64,000 nucleotides of DNA. Source: Candidatus Multivorans sp. (GTDB lineage: Bacteria > Acidobacteriota > Thermoanaerobaculia > Multivoradales > Multivoraceae). The notes under the pieces were generated by a model. That model was not told where the DNA came from, did not search any database, and saw only the letters and a program-made list of their open reading frames with translations. The DNA is taken from assembly GCA_965224025.1 (NCBI GenBank), contig OZ245033.1, forward strand, positions 2,656,001 through 2,720,000, in the 5' to 3' direction. The position numbers and the translations under genes were made by a program. Shown here piece after piece: positions 47,989-57,156 of this stretch. Position 1 is the stretch's first letter. Each line of letters begins with the position of its first letter.

Positions 47989-50900
47989 TCAGGCCCCGGC
48001 CGGGGCGCGGCGGCGCCGGGTCAGTCGCATCGAGTCGAGGATCAGGTAGAGGCAGGGCAGGACGAGGAGCGAGCCGACGGTGGAAGTCAGGATGCCTCCG
48101 ATGATCGTGTACGCCATCGGGCTCCGCAGTTCCGCGGCCTCGCCGGCGCCGAGAGCGAGCGGCGCCAGCACCAGGACGGTGGTCAGAGTCGTCATCAGGA
48201 TCGGCCGCAGCCGGATCGCCGCGGCCCGGGCCAGCGCGGCGTGCCGCTCCATGCCGGCGGCGAGCAGGCGCCGGGCGGTGGCGATCAGCAGGACCGCGTC
48301 GTTCACCGCCACGCCCGCGAGCACGATGAGGCCGAGCAGCGCCATGACCCCGACCGGCCGCCCGAGGAAGCCGAGGGTGCAGGCGACGCCGACCAGAGCC
48401 AGGGGGATCGAGAACAGCACCGTGAGCGGTTGGAGCAGGGACTCGAACGTTCCGGCCAGGACCATCAGCACGAGAACGAGTGCCAGCAGGCCCGCCCAGC
48501 GCAGTTCGCCGACGGCGCGCTCGCGTTCCTCCTCCTCGCCGGCCAGACGGACCCCCAGACCGGAGGGCAGGTCGGTTGCCGCGATCGCCTCGCCGGCTGC
48601 CGCGACAGCGCGCGGGTAGTCGCTGTCCTCGGCGACCCGGGCGGTCACCTGGGCGACGCGGCGCTGGTCGCGGCGGAAGACCTCGCGGGCGCCCTCGGCG
48701 GGGACGAAGCGGGCGACCTGGCCGAGGGCGAGATCCGCGCCGGCGTTGCTTGTGAAGCGCAGTTCGGCGAGTTCTTCGGGCCGCGGCTGGGGCAGAGAGA
48801 GGACGACATGGCGCTCCTCGTCTCCGGTCGAGAGCAGGGTGACCCTGCGGCCGTCGAGTGCGGACTGGAGCACTCGGGCGATCGTCTCCAGGCCGACGCC
48901 CAGACCGTCGGCCATCGCGCGGTCGAGTTCGATCCGCAGTTCCGGCGGCCCGCCCTCGAACGAGGAGCGGACGTTCCAGAGTTCGGATTGTGCGGCGAGG
49001 GCGTCGCGCAGTCTGGTGGCCGCCAGGCGCAGGTCGGGTAGCGACTGGCCGGCGATCTCGACCACGATCGGCGGCCCCGCGGAGCCAAGCGCGCGCGACA
49101 GGGCGGAGGCCCCGACCTCCCACTCGATCTCGGTACCCGGCAGGTCTTCGAAGTTGGGCTGCAGGGCGGCCACGATCTGGCCGCCGGTCGGCCCTTCGGC
49201 GGACATCCGGACGAGCAGGCGGGCCGTGTTCTCTTCGGTCAGCTCCGTGGTCACCAGCCGATCGTCCTCGGGCAGGCGGCCGACCTCGGCCTGGATCGCC
49301 TCCAGGTGCTCGCCGGCAGCCTGCCGGACCGCCTCTTCCAGCGTCGCAACGGCGCCGGCGGTGGCCTCGACGCGCTGGCCGGGCGGGCCCACCATGCGCA
49401 CCGAGAACTGCCGCGGGTCGGCGGGCGGCAGCAGCTCGCTGCCGAGTCCGAGCAGAACGTGGACGCCGCCGGCGGCGGCGAGCACCGCCGTCGCGACGAC
49501 CAGCCAGCGCAGCCGGAGCAGGGAGAGAACCAGGCGCTCGACGGCGCCGAAGGCCCAGCCCAGCGGGCGCGCCTCGTCTTCGTCGGGGTCCGCGGTTGTG
49601 CCGGTGGTTGCCGCCTCCGATGCCTCCTCAGTGGCCTCGGGCGCGGCGGTTTCCGGCTTCGCGCGCGGCAGGAGCCAGCGCGACAGGGCCGGAATCAGCA
49701 TGATCGCGACCGCCAGGGAGGCGCCGAGAGAGGCGGTGACGGTGAAGGCGATGCCCTCGATCAGACGCGCCGCCAGCCCCTGGACGAAGAGGACGGGTAG
49801 GAAGACCACGCAGGTGGTGAGCGTCGAGGCGGCGATTGCGCCCGCGACCTCGCCCGTGCCCCTGGCGGCCGTGTCGGCTGCCGAAGCGCCGGGGCGGTGG
49901 CGGCGGTGGATGCTCTCGACAACGACGATCGCGTTGTCCACCAGCATGCCGGCGCCGAGCGCCAGCCCGGCCAGGGTGATGATGTTCAGGGAGTGCTCCC
50001 ACAGCCGCATCGCGAACAGGGCGACGAACAGGGACACCGGCACTGCCGAGGCCACGACCACGGTCGGACCGAGGGAGCGCAGGAACAGCGCCAGGACGAC
50101 GACGGCGAGGGCGATGCCGATCAGGGCCGCGTTCAACAGATCGTCCATCGCGTCCTCGACCAGGGCGGCGTCGTCGTTGACCATCGAGACGCTGACCCGG
50201 GGCAGGTCGCGCTCCAGGTCGTCGAGCGCCGCGCGCACGGTGCGCGAGACCTCCACGGTGTTCGCGCCGGCCTCCTTGAACACCTGGAGACCGACGCCCT
50301 CCCGGCCGTTCACCCGCACCAGGTGGTCGATCTCGGCGTGGGCGAGTTCGACCTCGGCGACATCGGAGACCCGGATCGGCTGACGGACCTGCTGGCCTCC
50401 CCCCACCTGCTGAGTGCGGTAGCGCACGACGACCCGCTCGACATCGCGGGAGTTCCGGAACCGGGAGATGCCGCGAACGAGATAGACTTGACCGCCGTCC
50501 TCCAGGGTGCCGGCGTCGATGTCGACGTTCTCGGCTACGAGTCGCTGCTCGAGTTGATTCAACGTGACGCCGAACGCCTGCAGGCGGTAGCGGTCGACGC
50601 GTACACGGACCTCCAGGTCGCGTCCGCCGAGGACCCGGACCTCGGCGACGTCGGCAAGCTGCTCCATGGCCGGCGCCACTTGGCGGCGCGCCAGGCGGCG
50701 GAGCTCGGCGAGATCGGGTCCTTCGGGCTCGGCGGCCAGCCCCAGGGTGATCACCGGCGACTGCCGCGGATCGAGTTGACGGACCAGGACCTCGTCGACT
50801 TCGGGGTCGGCGGCGACCGGATTGACCGCCTTCTGCACCTCGATCAGCGCCAAGTCCATGTCGGCGTCCCAGTCGAAGCGGACGGTGGCGATCAGGCGGC

Positions 50901-51183
50901 CGGTGCGGGCCACCTGGTGAACCTCGCGGAGGCCGCGCACCGTGAACAGGCGCTGCTCGACCTGCTCGCCGTAGAGCCGCTCCATCTCGGTCGGCGGCCG
51001 GTCGCCGGAACGCACGGCGACGACGATGGTCGGCGAACGCAGGTCGGGCAGGAGGTCGATCGGCAGTTCGCGCCACGACATCCAGCCCACCAGGGCGAAG
51101 GCCAGGGCGGTGACGGTGACCGCTACGGGCCGGCGCGCAGCCAGGCGGGCGGGACCGAAGGTCTCACCGGATGTTCGAGTCAT
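47989..51183 (-). CDS. RND (AcrB-like) efflux permease
   Basis: RRPVAV, LPIDLLP, GMLVDNAIVVVE, RLRPILMTT. Confidence 0.93.
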   Translation of the reverse strand: MTRTSGETFGPARLAARRPVAVTVTALAFALVGWMSWRELPIDLLPDLRSPTIVVAVRSGDRPPTEMERLYGEQVEQRLFTVRGLREVHQVARTGRLIATVRFDWDADMDLALIEVQKAVNPVAADPEVDEVLVRQLDPRQSPVITLGLAAEPEGPDLAELRRLARRQVAPAMEQLADVAEVRVLGGRDLEVRVRVDRYRLQAFGVTLNQLEQRLVAENVDIDAGTLEDGGQVYLVRGISRFRNSRDVERVVVRYRTQQVGGGQQVRQPIRVSDVAEVELAHAEIDHLVRVNGREGVGLQVFKEAGANTVEVSRTVRAALDDLERDLPRVSVSMVNDDAALVEDAMDDLLNAALIGIALAVVVLALFLRSLGPTVVVASAVPVSLFVALFAMRLWEHSLNIITLAGLALGAGMLVDNAIVVVESIHRRHRPGASAADTAARGTGEVAGAIAASTLTTCVVFLPVLFVQGLAARLIEGIAFTVTASLGASLAVAIMLIPALSRWLLPRAKPETAAPEATEEASEAATTGTTADPDEDEARPLGWAFGAVERLVLSLLRLRWLVVATAVLAAAGGVHVLLGLGSELLPPADPRQFSVRMVGPPGQRVEATAGAVATLEEAVRQAAGEHLEAIQAEVGRLPEDDRLVTTELTEENTARLLVRMSAEGPTGGQIVAALQPNFEDLPGTEIEWEVGASALSRALGSAGPPIVVEIAGQSLPDLRLAATRLRDALAAQSELWNVRSSFEGGPPELRIELDRAMADGLGVGLETIARVLQSALDGRRVTLLSTGDEERHVVLSLPQPRPEELAELRFTSNAGADLALGQVARFVPAEGAREVFRRDQRRVAQVTARVAEDSDYPRAVAAAGEAIAATDLPSGLGVRLAGEEEERERAVGELRWAGLLALVLVLMVLAGTFESLLQPLTVLFSIPLALVGVACTLGFLGRPVGVMALLGLIVLAGVAVNDAVLLIATARRLLAAGMERHAALARAAAIRLRPILMTTLTTVLVLAPLALGAGEAAELRSPMAYTIIGGILTSTVGSLLVLPCLYLILDSMRLTRRRRAPAGA

Positions 51184-51222
51184 CGTGCCGGGCTCCGGTG
51201 GTCAGAGCTGCCGAATCGGCTC

Positions 51223-52329
51223 CTATTGGGAGACCCGGACGCGTGTACCGTCGGTCAGGGTCTCGAGACCGCGTACGACGACCCGCTCGCCGAGCTCGAG
51301 CCCCTGGCGAATCTCGGTGATCTCGTCGTCGCCGAGGCCGAGAACGACTTCGCGCCGCACCGCGCGCTGGCCGTCGAGGACGAAGACGACGCGCCGGCCG
51401 CCGCGCTCGGTAACCGCCTCGCGCGGAATGACGGGGACGTCGTTTCGCTGCTCGACGACCAGGGTCACTTCGACGAACATGCCCGGCCGCAGCAGGCCGC
51501 CGGGATTGCGCACGGCGACCTCGGCGCGGAAGGTGTGGGCGACCGGGTCGACCTCGGGGGACAGGCGAACGACCGCGCCTGCGAACGTCTGGCCCTCCCA
51601 GGCGAAGTGCCTGAGCCGGCCCTGCTGCCTGGGGTGGACCCGCGCCAGTTCGGGGCCCACGAGGTCGATGTCGGCGACCAGGGAGTCGACCGGAGCGATC
51701 CGGGCCACCTGGAAGCCCTGGGAGACGAGCTGGCCGTCGGCGATCGGCATGCCGTTCGGGTCGCGCGCGAGTTCCATCAGCACACCGCCGATCGGAGTCA
51801 GCATCTTCGCGCGGTCCTCGGTCAGGAGGCTCTGCTCCCAGGTCGCCTTCGCGTCCTCGAGCGCGATCTCGGCGCGGCGCAGTTCCTCGGCACTGATCAG
51901 TTCCTGCTCGAACAGCTTGGCGCGGGCGTCTCGTTCGGCCTCGGCGCCCAGGTAGGCCTGGTGGGTTGCTTCGACCCGGGCCGCAAGGCGTGCGTCCTCG
52001 CCGGTGACCTCCGCGATCATCTGGTCGGGGACGACGCGGTCGCCCTCGGCCAGCCGGTCGCCGGAACCGTTGCGGCCGATCAGCAGTCTCCCGGGCGTTT
52101 CGACCTGCAGGACGATGCTCTCGGCCGCTCGCAGAGTGCCGGTGGCGACGATCAGATCCTCGACGCTGCCGGTTTCGACCTCGGCCGCGGTGACCGGCAC
52201 CAGGAAGTCGACGGGGTCCGTGCTGCCGCCGCCTTCGCAGGCGACGATCGCGGCGCAGGCCGCAATCGCAATTGCGAGGCCCGCGCGCCGGAAGTTGGCG
52301 GTCGGGCGGGATGGCTGCCGCGCGCTCAT
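51223..52329 (-). CDS. RND periplasmic adaptor (MFP), lipoprotein
   Basis: Lipobox IVAC; TPIGGV, LRPGMFV, VIPREAV, GLELGERVVVRG; ATGA overlap with the upstream gene. Confidence 0.92.
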   Translation of the reverse strand: MSARQPSRPTANFRRAGLAIAIAACAAIVACEGGGSTDPVDFLVPVTAAEVETGSVEDLIVATGTLRAAESIVLQVETPGRLLIGRNGSGDRLAEGDRVVPDQMIAEVTGEDARLAARVEATHQAYLGAEAERDARAKLFEQELISAEELRRAEIALEDAKATWEQSLLTEDRAKMLTPIGGVLMELARDPNGMPIADGQLVSQGFQVARIAPVDSLVADIDLVGPELARVHPRQQGRLRHFAWEGQTFAGAVVRLSPEVDPVAHTFRAEVAVRNPGGLLRPGMFVEVTLVVEQRNDVPVIPREAVTERGGRRVVFVLDGQRAVRREVVLGLGDDEITEIRQGLELGERVVVRGLETLTDGTRVRVSQ

Positions 52330-55300
52330 GGCCCCGCGCCCCCGGTCTCGGCACGGCCGGCGGCGGCGCCGTTGTCGAGCCGCACGAAGCGCACGGCGTC
52401 CGCGGCGACCGCTCTGCCGGAGGTCTCGTCGCTCAGGACCAGTTCGGTCGGGCCGCCGGCCAGATCGAAGTCTCCGAGCACCGCCCATCCGGTTCCCGCG
52501 GCCGCGGCGTCGAAGTCGATCGGCCGGGAGACGCCGCCGTTCTGCAGTTCGAGGTCGTAGGTACCGAGATTCAGGCCCAGGTTCACCGAGATCCGCACGC
52601 CGTCGCCGTCGTTCCCTCTTCGCTGAGCGTTTCCTCCATCGTTGCCGACCCGCACTTCCCGACGCACGCCCGCGGCGCCGGCTGGCAGCGGCGAGAGCGA
52701 CGGTACGTGCAGTTCGACTCGCCAGCGGCCGTCTGCCGGCAACTCCGTCCGGTAGATCGCGCGGCTGGTCCCTTCGCCCGCTGGCGCCAGGGCGGTCGTG
52801 CGGCGGTAGCGCCCCCAACTCGTGGGCTGTTCGTAGCGCGACCATTCTGTCGGCGTTCCGCCGAAGCTCTGGTAAACGAGCAGGCCCTGATCCGTCTGGT
52901 TCGACGGTGCGAAGAAGCCGGCGAGACCGCCCTGCAGCCGGAAGCCGCCGGTATCCGCTTCATCCGTCTCGATCGAGAAGCCGGGGTCCAGGTCGTCGAC
53001 GACGACCATGTCGGTCGCTGATCGCAGGAAGGCGGGCAGCCAGTCGGCCGGTCGCGTGCCGCGTAGCGGTTCGGCCTCGACGATCGATTCGTCGTCGACA
53101 TCAGGCAGATCGATCGGGAACTCCCGGCGGTTCAGCGACAGATACGGGGAAGCGAGCATCCTGCCCGGCGCCCTGGACGTGACCAGGCCGAATTCGACGG
53201 AGGTGTTTCCCGGGATCAGAGTTGGCTCGCTGGTCTCCCAGCGCACCCCGCTCGGTGCGCGAACGGCGTAGCGGAGCCGGAAGAGGCCGGGCGCTTTCTC
53301 GCCGTTGTGGACGAAGAGACGGGTCTGGTACTGCGGCAGGCCCTGGTCGTCGTCCGCCAGCCGCACGAGTTCGGCTGCGGAGACGACGAAGCCGGGCAGG
53401 TCGGTCTGGTGGAGGAAGTCGCCGACCAGGCCGGCGAGGTCCACGCCGGCTTCCTGAGCGGCCCGTTCGAGGTCGGCGGCGGTGAAGGTCGAGCCCCGGT
53501 GGTCGCGCATGAGGTTGGCGATCATCGCGGCGGTCCGTTCCCGGCCGGCGCCGTCCAGGATTGCGGTGGCCAGGGCCGAGGTCTTCAGGTAGAGCGCGTT
53601 GAGCGCCTTCTTCGGCTCCTCTTCGACCTCCATTTTCGTCAGCGAGGCGCCGAGCACGGCGTCCCAGACTTCGGGGCGGTCCGTGAGGCTCCTCACGATC
53701 GAACTGGAGATGGGTGCGCCGCCTCCGCCGAGCTGGCCCAACACGGCGCCCTGTACCACGCTGCCGATCGTCCAGCCGAACTCGCGGTCGAACAGGTGGG
53801 CCGAGAAGTACGATTCGCCGCCGCTCACCAGCCGGTTCACCAGGTTGTTGCACAGTTCGTCGAGCGCCAGCGCCTCCGGACCGCGGGCGGCGGTCTGATA
53901 CAGGAACAGGTTGCGGATGCCGCCCACCTCCACGTTGCCGCCCGAGAAGTCGTTGCGGAAGAACTGCTGCAGTCTGAAGGCCTTTGCCCGCGCCAGACCG
54001 CCCTCCTGCTCCTCGAACTGCTCAGGGTTGCGGAACGGGAACTCGAAGCGAGCGGTCGGCAGGCTGCTCTCGCTGATCAGCACCATGCCCGGCGGTGCGC
54101 GCTCGGTGTCCATGCGCCAACCGCCGCCGTAGGAACGCAGCGTCCAGGGCACTTCGACCAGGGTGAGTTGGCGGTAGGGGTAGGGCAGACCGAGCTCGCG
54201 GGCAGTGGCGAAGCGCTCGGCGGCGACCGCTTCGATCTCTTCCCTGGCATCGGCGAAGAACTCCACGTTTCTGAGATGGCGGGGGTGGACGAGCAGTTCG
54301 ATCTCGACGCCCTCGATCTCCGTCGTCCGGCGATCGAACCGTCCGGCGATCAGGGCCGCTTCAGGCACGACCCCCACCGGTGCGAACCGTTGCCGGTCGC
54401 CTGCCGCCTCGCCTCTGCCTGGCCCGGCGACCGTCCAGCCCGAGGGGGCGCCGACCTCCAGGTCGAGTTCGAAGAAGTCTCTGGGACGCCTTCGCGGATC
54501 GGCGAGGCCAACTGAAGCGCCGGGGCGTGGCAGCCAGGCCAGCGCGGCGGGCAGCGCGACGTAGCGACGCTCCGCAAAGCCGTTCAGGGCGCCGAGAATG
54601 ATGATCTGCGCGTCCTGGAACTTGATCCGGTTGAAATCGATCGCGGAATCCAGGTGGGCGAAGCGAAGGTCAGGCCGTCCGTGGGCGCGCAGGCGAAGGT
54701 CGACGGCTTGGCCCGCGGCCTGCGAGCGCCCGAGGTCGACTTCGAGCAGGCCGGCGCCGTGGTTGAAGGCGAGCGGCGCGCCGGCAGAGTCCTCGACGGC
54801 ATCGACGTCAAGGCCGGGGTTCAGGCTGAAGAGGGCCCGCGAACCTCCGGCGGCGAGGAACCGGACGTTGACGTCGAGGGTCAGACGACCCCGCGGTTCG
54901 ATGTCGACGGAGCCGTGGATCCGCTCCAGGTCAAGGACCGGTTCCTCCTGACGTTCCGCGTGGGCGATCCGCCAGTCGTCGATCTCGTCGACCTGGTTGG
55001 TGGCGGTCACCGCGGCGGCCGCGATCGTGCCGATGGCCGCGACCAGAAGGCCGGCGCCGGCGGTGGCCCACAGGCGTCGCCGGGCGTCGTCGAGCCGGGG
55101 ATGGACGGCGACGGCGACCGCAAGCAGACCAACGGCCAGCGCCGCGACCGTGGCCCGGTTCATCAGGTTCAGGGCGGTCCATATCTGGGGCGCGACTTCG
55201 GACGGATTGCTGCCGAAGCCGCCCTGGAGCGACAGGATGGGCAGGATGTAGGTCGGTACGCGGAAGGAGAGAATCCATGGACCGATGGCCAGCCCGAGGC

Positions 55301-55874
55301 CAAGAAGCGCGGCCACCAGGCGGTTGCGGCTCAGGAGCGACGCCACCTGGACGAAGGCGATGGTCATGGCCAGCGCCGGCAGCGCCTCGGTCAGCAGGTA
55401 GGCCCAGACGGAACTCCAGATCGCCGGTTCGCCCACGTACCAACCGAGCGCCACTCCGAGATGGCCGAAGCCCTGGATGAGCATCATGCCGATGAAGGCG
55501 ACGCCCCAGATCAGGATCAGGGCGCCCAGGAACCTGCCCAGGACGAGTTCCGCGTTCGAATAGGGCCGGCTGTCCAGGACCTCGATCACGCGGTCGCGCC
55601 GGTCCCGTGCGCGCACGTCGAAGGCCAGAAAGACGACGCCGATCGCCAGGACCATCGTCTGGATCGAACCCATCTGGGCGAGCAGGAACTTCGGGCTGAA
55701 CGAGCCGACCGTCGCCGACCAGGACGAGAAGAGGCCGTGGATAGCCCAGTAGTAGCCGTACGACAGCAGGCCGATGAGGATTGCAAGGCCCGAGAACAAC
55801 CAGAAGCGGAACAGCCGGCGGATGGTGCGCATCTCGGCGCGGGCCAGGGACCAGACGGCGGCGAGTGAGATCAC
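52326..55874 (-). CDS. ABC permease fused to a degenerate M1-aminopeptidase-like ectodomain and a C-terminal carbohydrate-binding-like beta domain
   Basis: About 7 TM segments with RDRRDRVIEVLDSRP; FSLNPGL, PYPYRQLTLVEVP, YLK; no HExxH; tail GWAVLGDF...AADAVRFV; GTG start 55874. Confidence 0.78.
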   Translation of the reverse strand: MISLAAVWSLARAEMRTIRRLFRFWLFSGLAILIGLLSYGYYWAIHGLFSSWSATVGSFSPKFLLAQMGSIQTMVLAIGVVFLAFDVRARDRRDRVIEVLDSRPYSNAELVLGRFLGALILIWGVAFIGMMLIQGFGHLGVALGWYVGEPAIWSSVWAYLLTEALPALAMTIAFVQVASLLSRNRLVAALLGLGLAIGPWILSFRVPTYILPILSLQGGFGSNPSEVAPQIWTALNLMNRATVAALAVGLLAVAVAVHPRLDDARRRLWATAGAGLLVAAIGTIAAAAVTATNQVDEIDDWRIAHAERQEEPVLDLERIHGSVDIEPRGRLTLDVNVRFLAAGGSRALFSLNPGLDVDAVEDSAGAPLAFNHGAGLLEVDLGRSQAAGQAVDLRLRAHGRPDLRFAHLDSAIDFNRIKFQDAQIIILGALNGFAERRYVALPAALAWLPRPGASVGLADPRRRPRDFFELDLEVGAPSGWTVAGPGRGEAAGDRQRFAPVGVVPEAALIAGRFDRRTTEIEGVEIELLVHPRHLRNVEFFADAREEIEAVAAERFATARELGLPYPYRQLTLVEVPWTLRSYGGGWRMDTERAPPGMVLISESSLPTARFEFPFRNPEQFEEQEGGLARAKAFRLQQFFRNDFSGGNVEVGGIRNLFLYQTAARGPEALALDELCNNLVNRLVSGGESYFSAHLFDREFGWTIGSVVQGAVLGQLGGGGAPISSSIVRSLTDRPEVWDAVLGASLTKMEVEEEPKKALNALYLKTSALATAILDGAGRERTAAMIANLMRDHRGSTFTAADLERAAQEAGVDLAGLVGDFLHQTDLPGFVVSAAELVRLADDDQGLPQYQTRLFVHNGEKAPGLFRLRYAVRAPSGVRWETSEPTLIPGNTSVEFGLVTSRAPGRMLASPYLSLNRREFPIDLPDVDDESIVEAEPLRGTRPADWLPAFLRSATDMVVVDDLDPGFSIETDEADTGGFRLQGGLAGFFAPSNQTDQGLLVYQSFGGTPTEWSRYEQPTSWGRYRRTTALAPAGEGTSRAIYRTELPADGRWRVELHVPSLSPLPAGAAGVRREVRVGNDGGNAQRRGNDGDGVRISVNLGLNLGTYDLELQNGGVSRPIDFDAAAAGTGWAVLGDFDLAGGPTELVLSDETSGRAVAADAVRFVRLDNGAAAGRAETGGAGP

Positions 55875-55888
55875 TGTCGGGCCCTCCT

Positions 55889-55917
55889 GGGAACGCGGGC
55901 GTCTCGCCCGCATCCGG
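55889..55917 (+). repeat. REP-like family B copy
   Basis: gggaacgcgggcgtctcgcccgcatccgg inside the export operon. Confidence 0.85.
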
Positions 55918-55944
55918 CTCGGGGCCAGACCACGGCGAGCGGCA

Positions 55945-56952
55945 TCACGGTTGAGCCTCCTTGCCGGACACGCCTCCGTCGGGTGGCGCTGTTGCGCCGG
56001 GAGACCCTGGGCCCTCCAAGTCTTCGGCAAGTCCGGCGCCTTCGCTCTCGCCGAAGTGCTTCTCGGTCACGATGGCCTCGGCGCGGCCGCGCGCGACCAT
56101 GAAGGCGAGGTATCCCTCCTCGAGGGTCGGCGACGAGGCGATCCGGGCGTCCGCCGGCACGCCGCCGGGCGCCGCGACGCCGCGGTAGGTCGTTTCGTTC
56201 ATGCTGGCGGTGCGCGAGACGATCTCGAAGCCGCCCTCGGGTTGCGGCGCGGATGTCGGCAGGGTCAGCTCGAAGACTTGGCCCTGGGCGCGCTCGAGCA
56301 GGCCTGACGGAGAGCCGCGAAAGACGATCTTGCCCGCGTCGAGCAGGGCGAGGTCGCTGCAGCCGGTACCCAGGTCGGCGACGATGTGGGTAGAGAGGAT
56401 GATCGTCCGTTCGCGGCCGAGGTTCGCCATCAGTTGGCGGAAGCGCAGGCGCTCCTCGGGATCCAGGCCGACCGTGGGTTCGTCGACCACCAGCAGGCGG
56501 GGTTGGTGGATCAGCGCCTGGGCGATGCCGAGGCGGCGGGTCATGCCGCCGGACAGCTTCTTCACCTTGCGGTGGGCGACCTCGCCGAGGCCGACGCTGT
56601 CGAGGACGGAGTCGACCCGGGCCCGGCGGGCGCCGCGGCCGTCCAGGCCCGAGAGCTCGGCCAGGGTGTCGAGGACTTCCTCCACGCGGTGCAGGCGCCA
56701 GGCGCCGAACTCCTGCGGAAGGTAGCCCAGGTGTGCGCGGACGCCGCGTCGCTGAGAGACCACGTCGTGGCCGAAGACCGTTGCCGCCCCGCCGCTGGGC
56801 TTGAGCAGCGTGCAGACGATCCGCATCAGGGTGCTCTTGCCGGCGCCGTTGGGGCCCAGCAGACCGAAAAGGCCGGCGCCGATCTCCAGATCGACGCCGT
56901 TGAGGGCTACTGTGCCGCCGCGATAGACGTGGCGGAGGCCGCGGGCGGCCAC
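55945..56952 (-). CDS. ABC transporter ATP-binding protein
   Basis: GPNGAGKST, LSGGM, VDEPTVGLDPEER, STH, PTLEEGYL. Confidence 0.94.
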   Translation of the reverse strand: MAARGLRHVYRGGTVALNGVDLEIGAGLFGLLGPNGAGKSTLMRIVCTLLKPSGGAATVFGHDVVSQRRGVRAHLGYLPQEFGAWRLHRVEEVLDTLAELSGLDGRGARRARVDSVLDSVGLGEVAHRKVKKLSGGMTRRLGIAQALIHQPRLLVVDEPTVGLDPEERLRFRQLMANLGRERTIILSTHIVADLGTGCSDLALLDAGKIVFRGSPSGLLERAQGQVFELTLPTSAPQPEGGFEIVSRTASMNETTYRGVAAPGGVPADARIASSPTLEEGYLAFMVARGRAEAIVTEKHFGESEGAGLAEDLEGPGSPGATAPPDGGVSGKEAQP

Positions 56953-57156
56953 TGTCGTCGTCAGAGTTGTCTCCTCCCGAAAGGTCTATACGGATGACAG
57001 CGGTGCATGGTTTACAAGGCTCTGAAGCCGAGATCTCGGTTCGCTTGCGATGAAACTCAGCCCTGTGGCTCGGCGTACGTCCTATAGTATGCGGGCGCCG
57101 GCCCGGACACTCTTTCCGACAACATCTCTGGACACCCCCCAACGGAGGCTTCAAGA

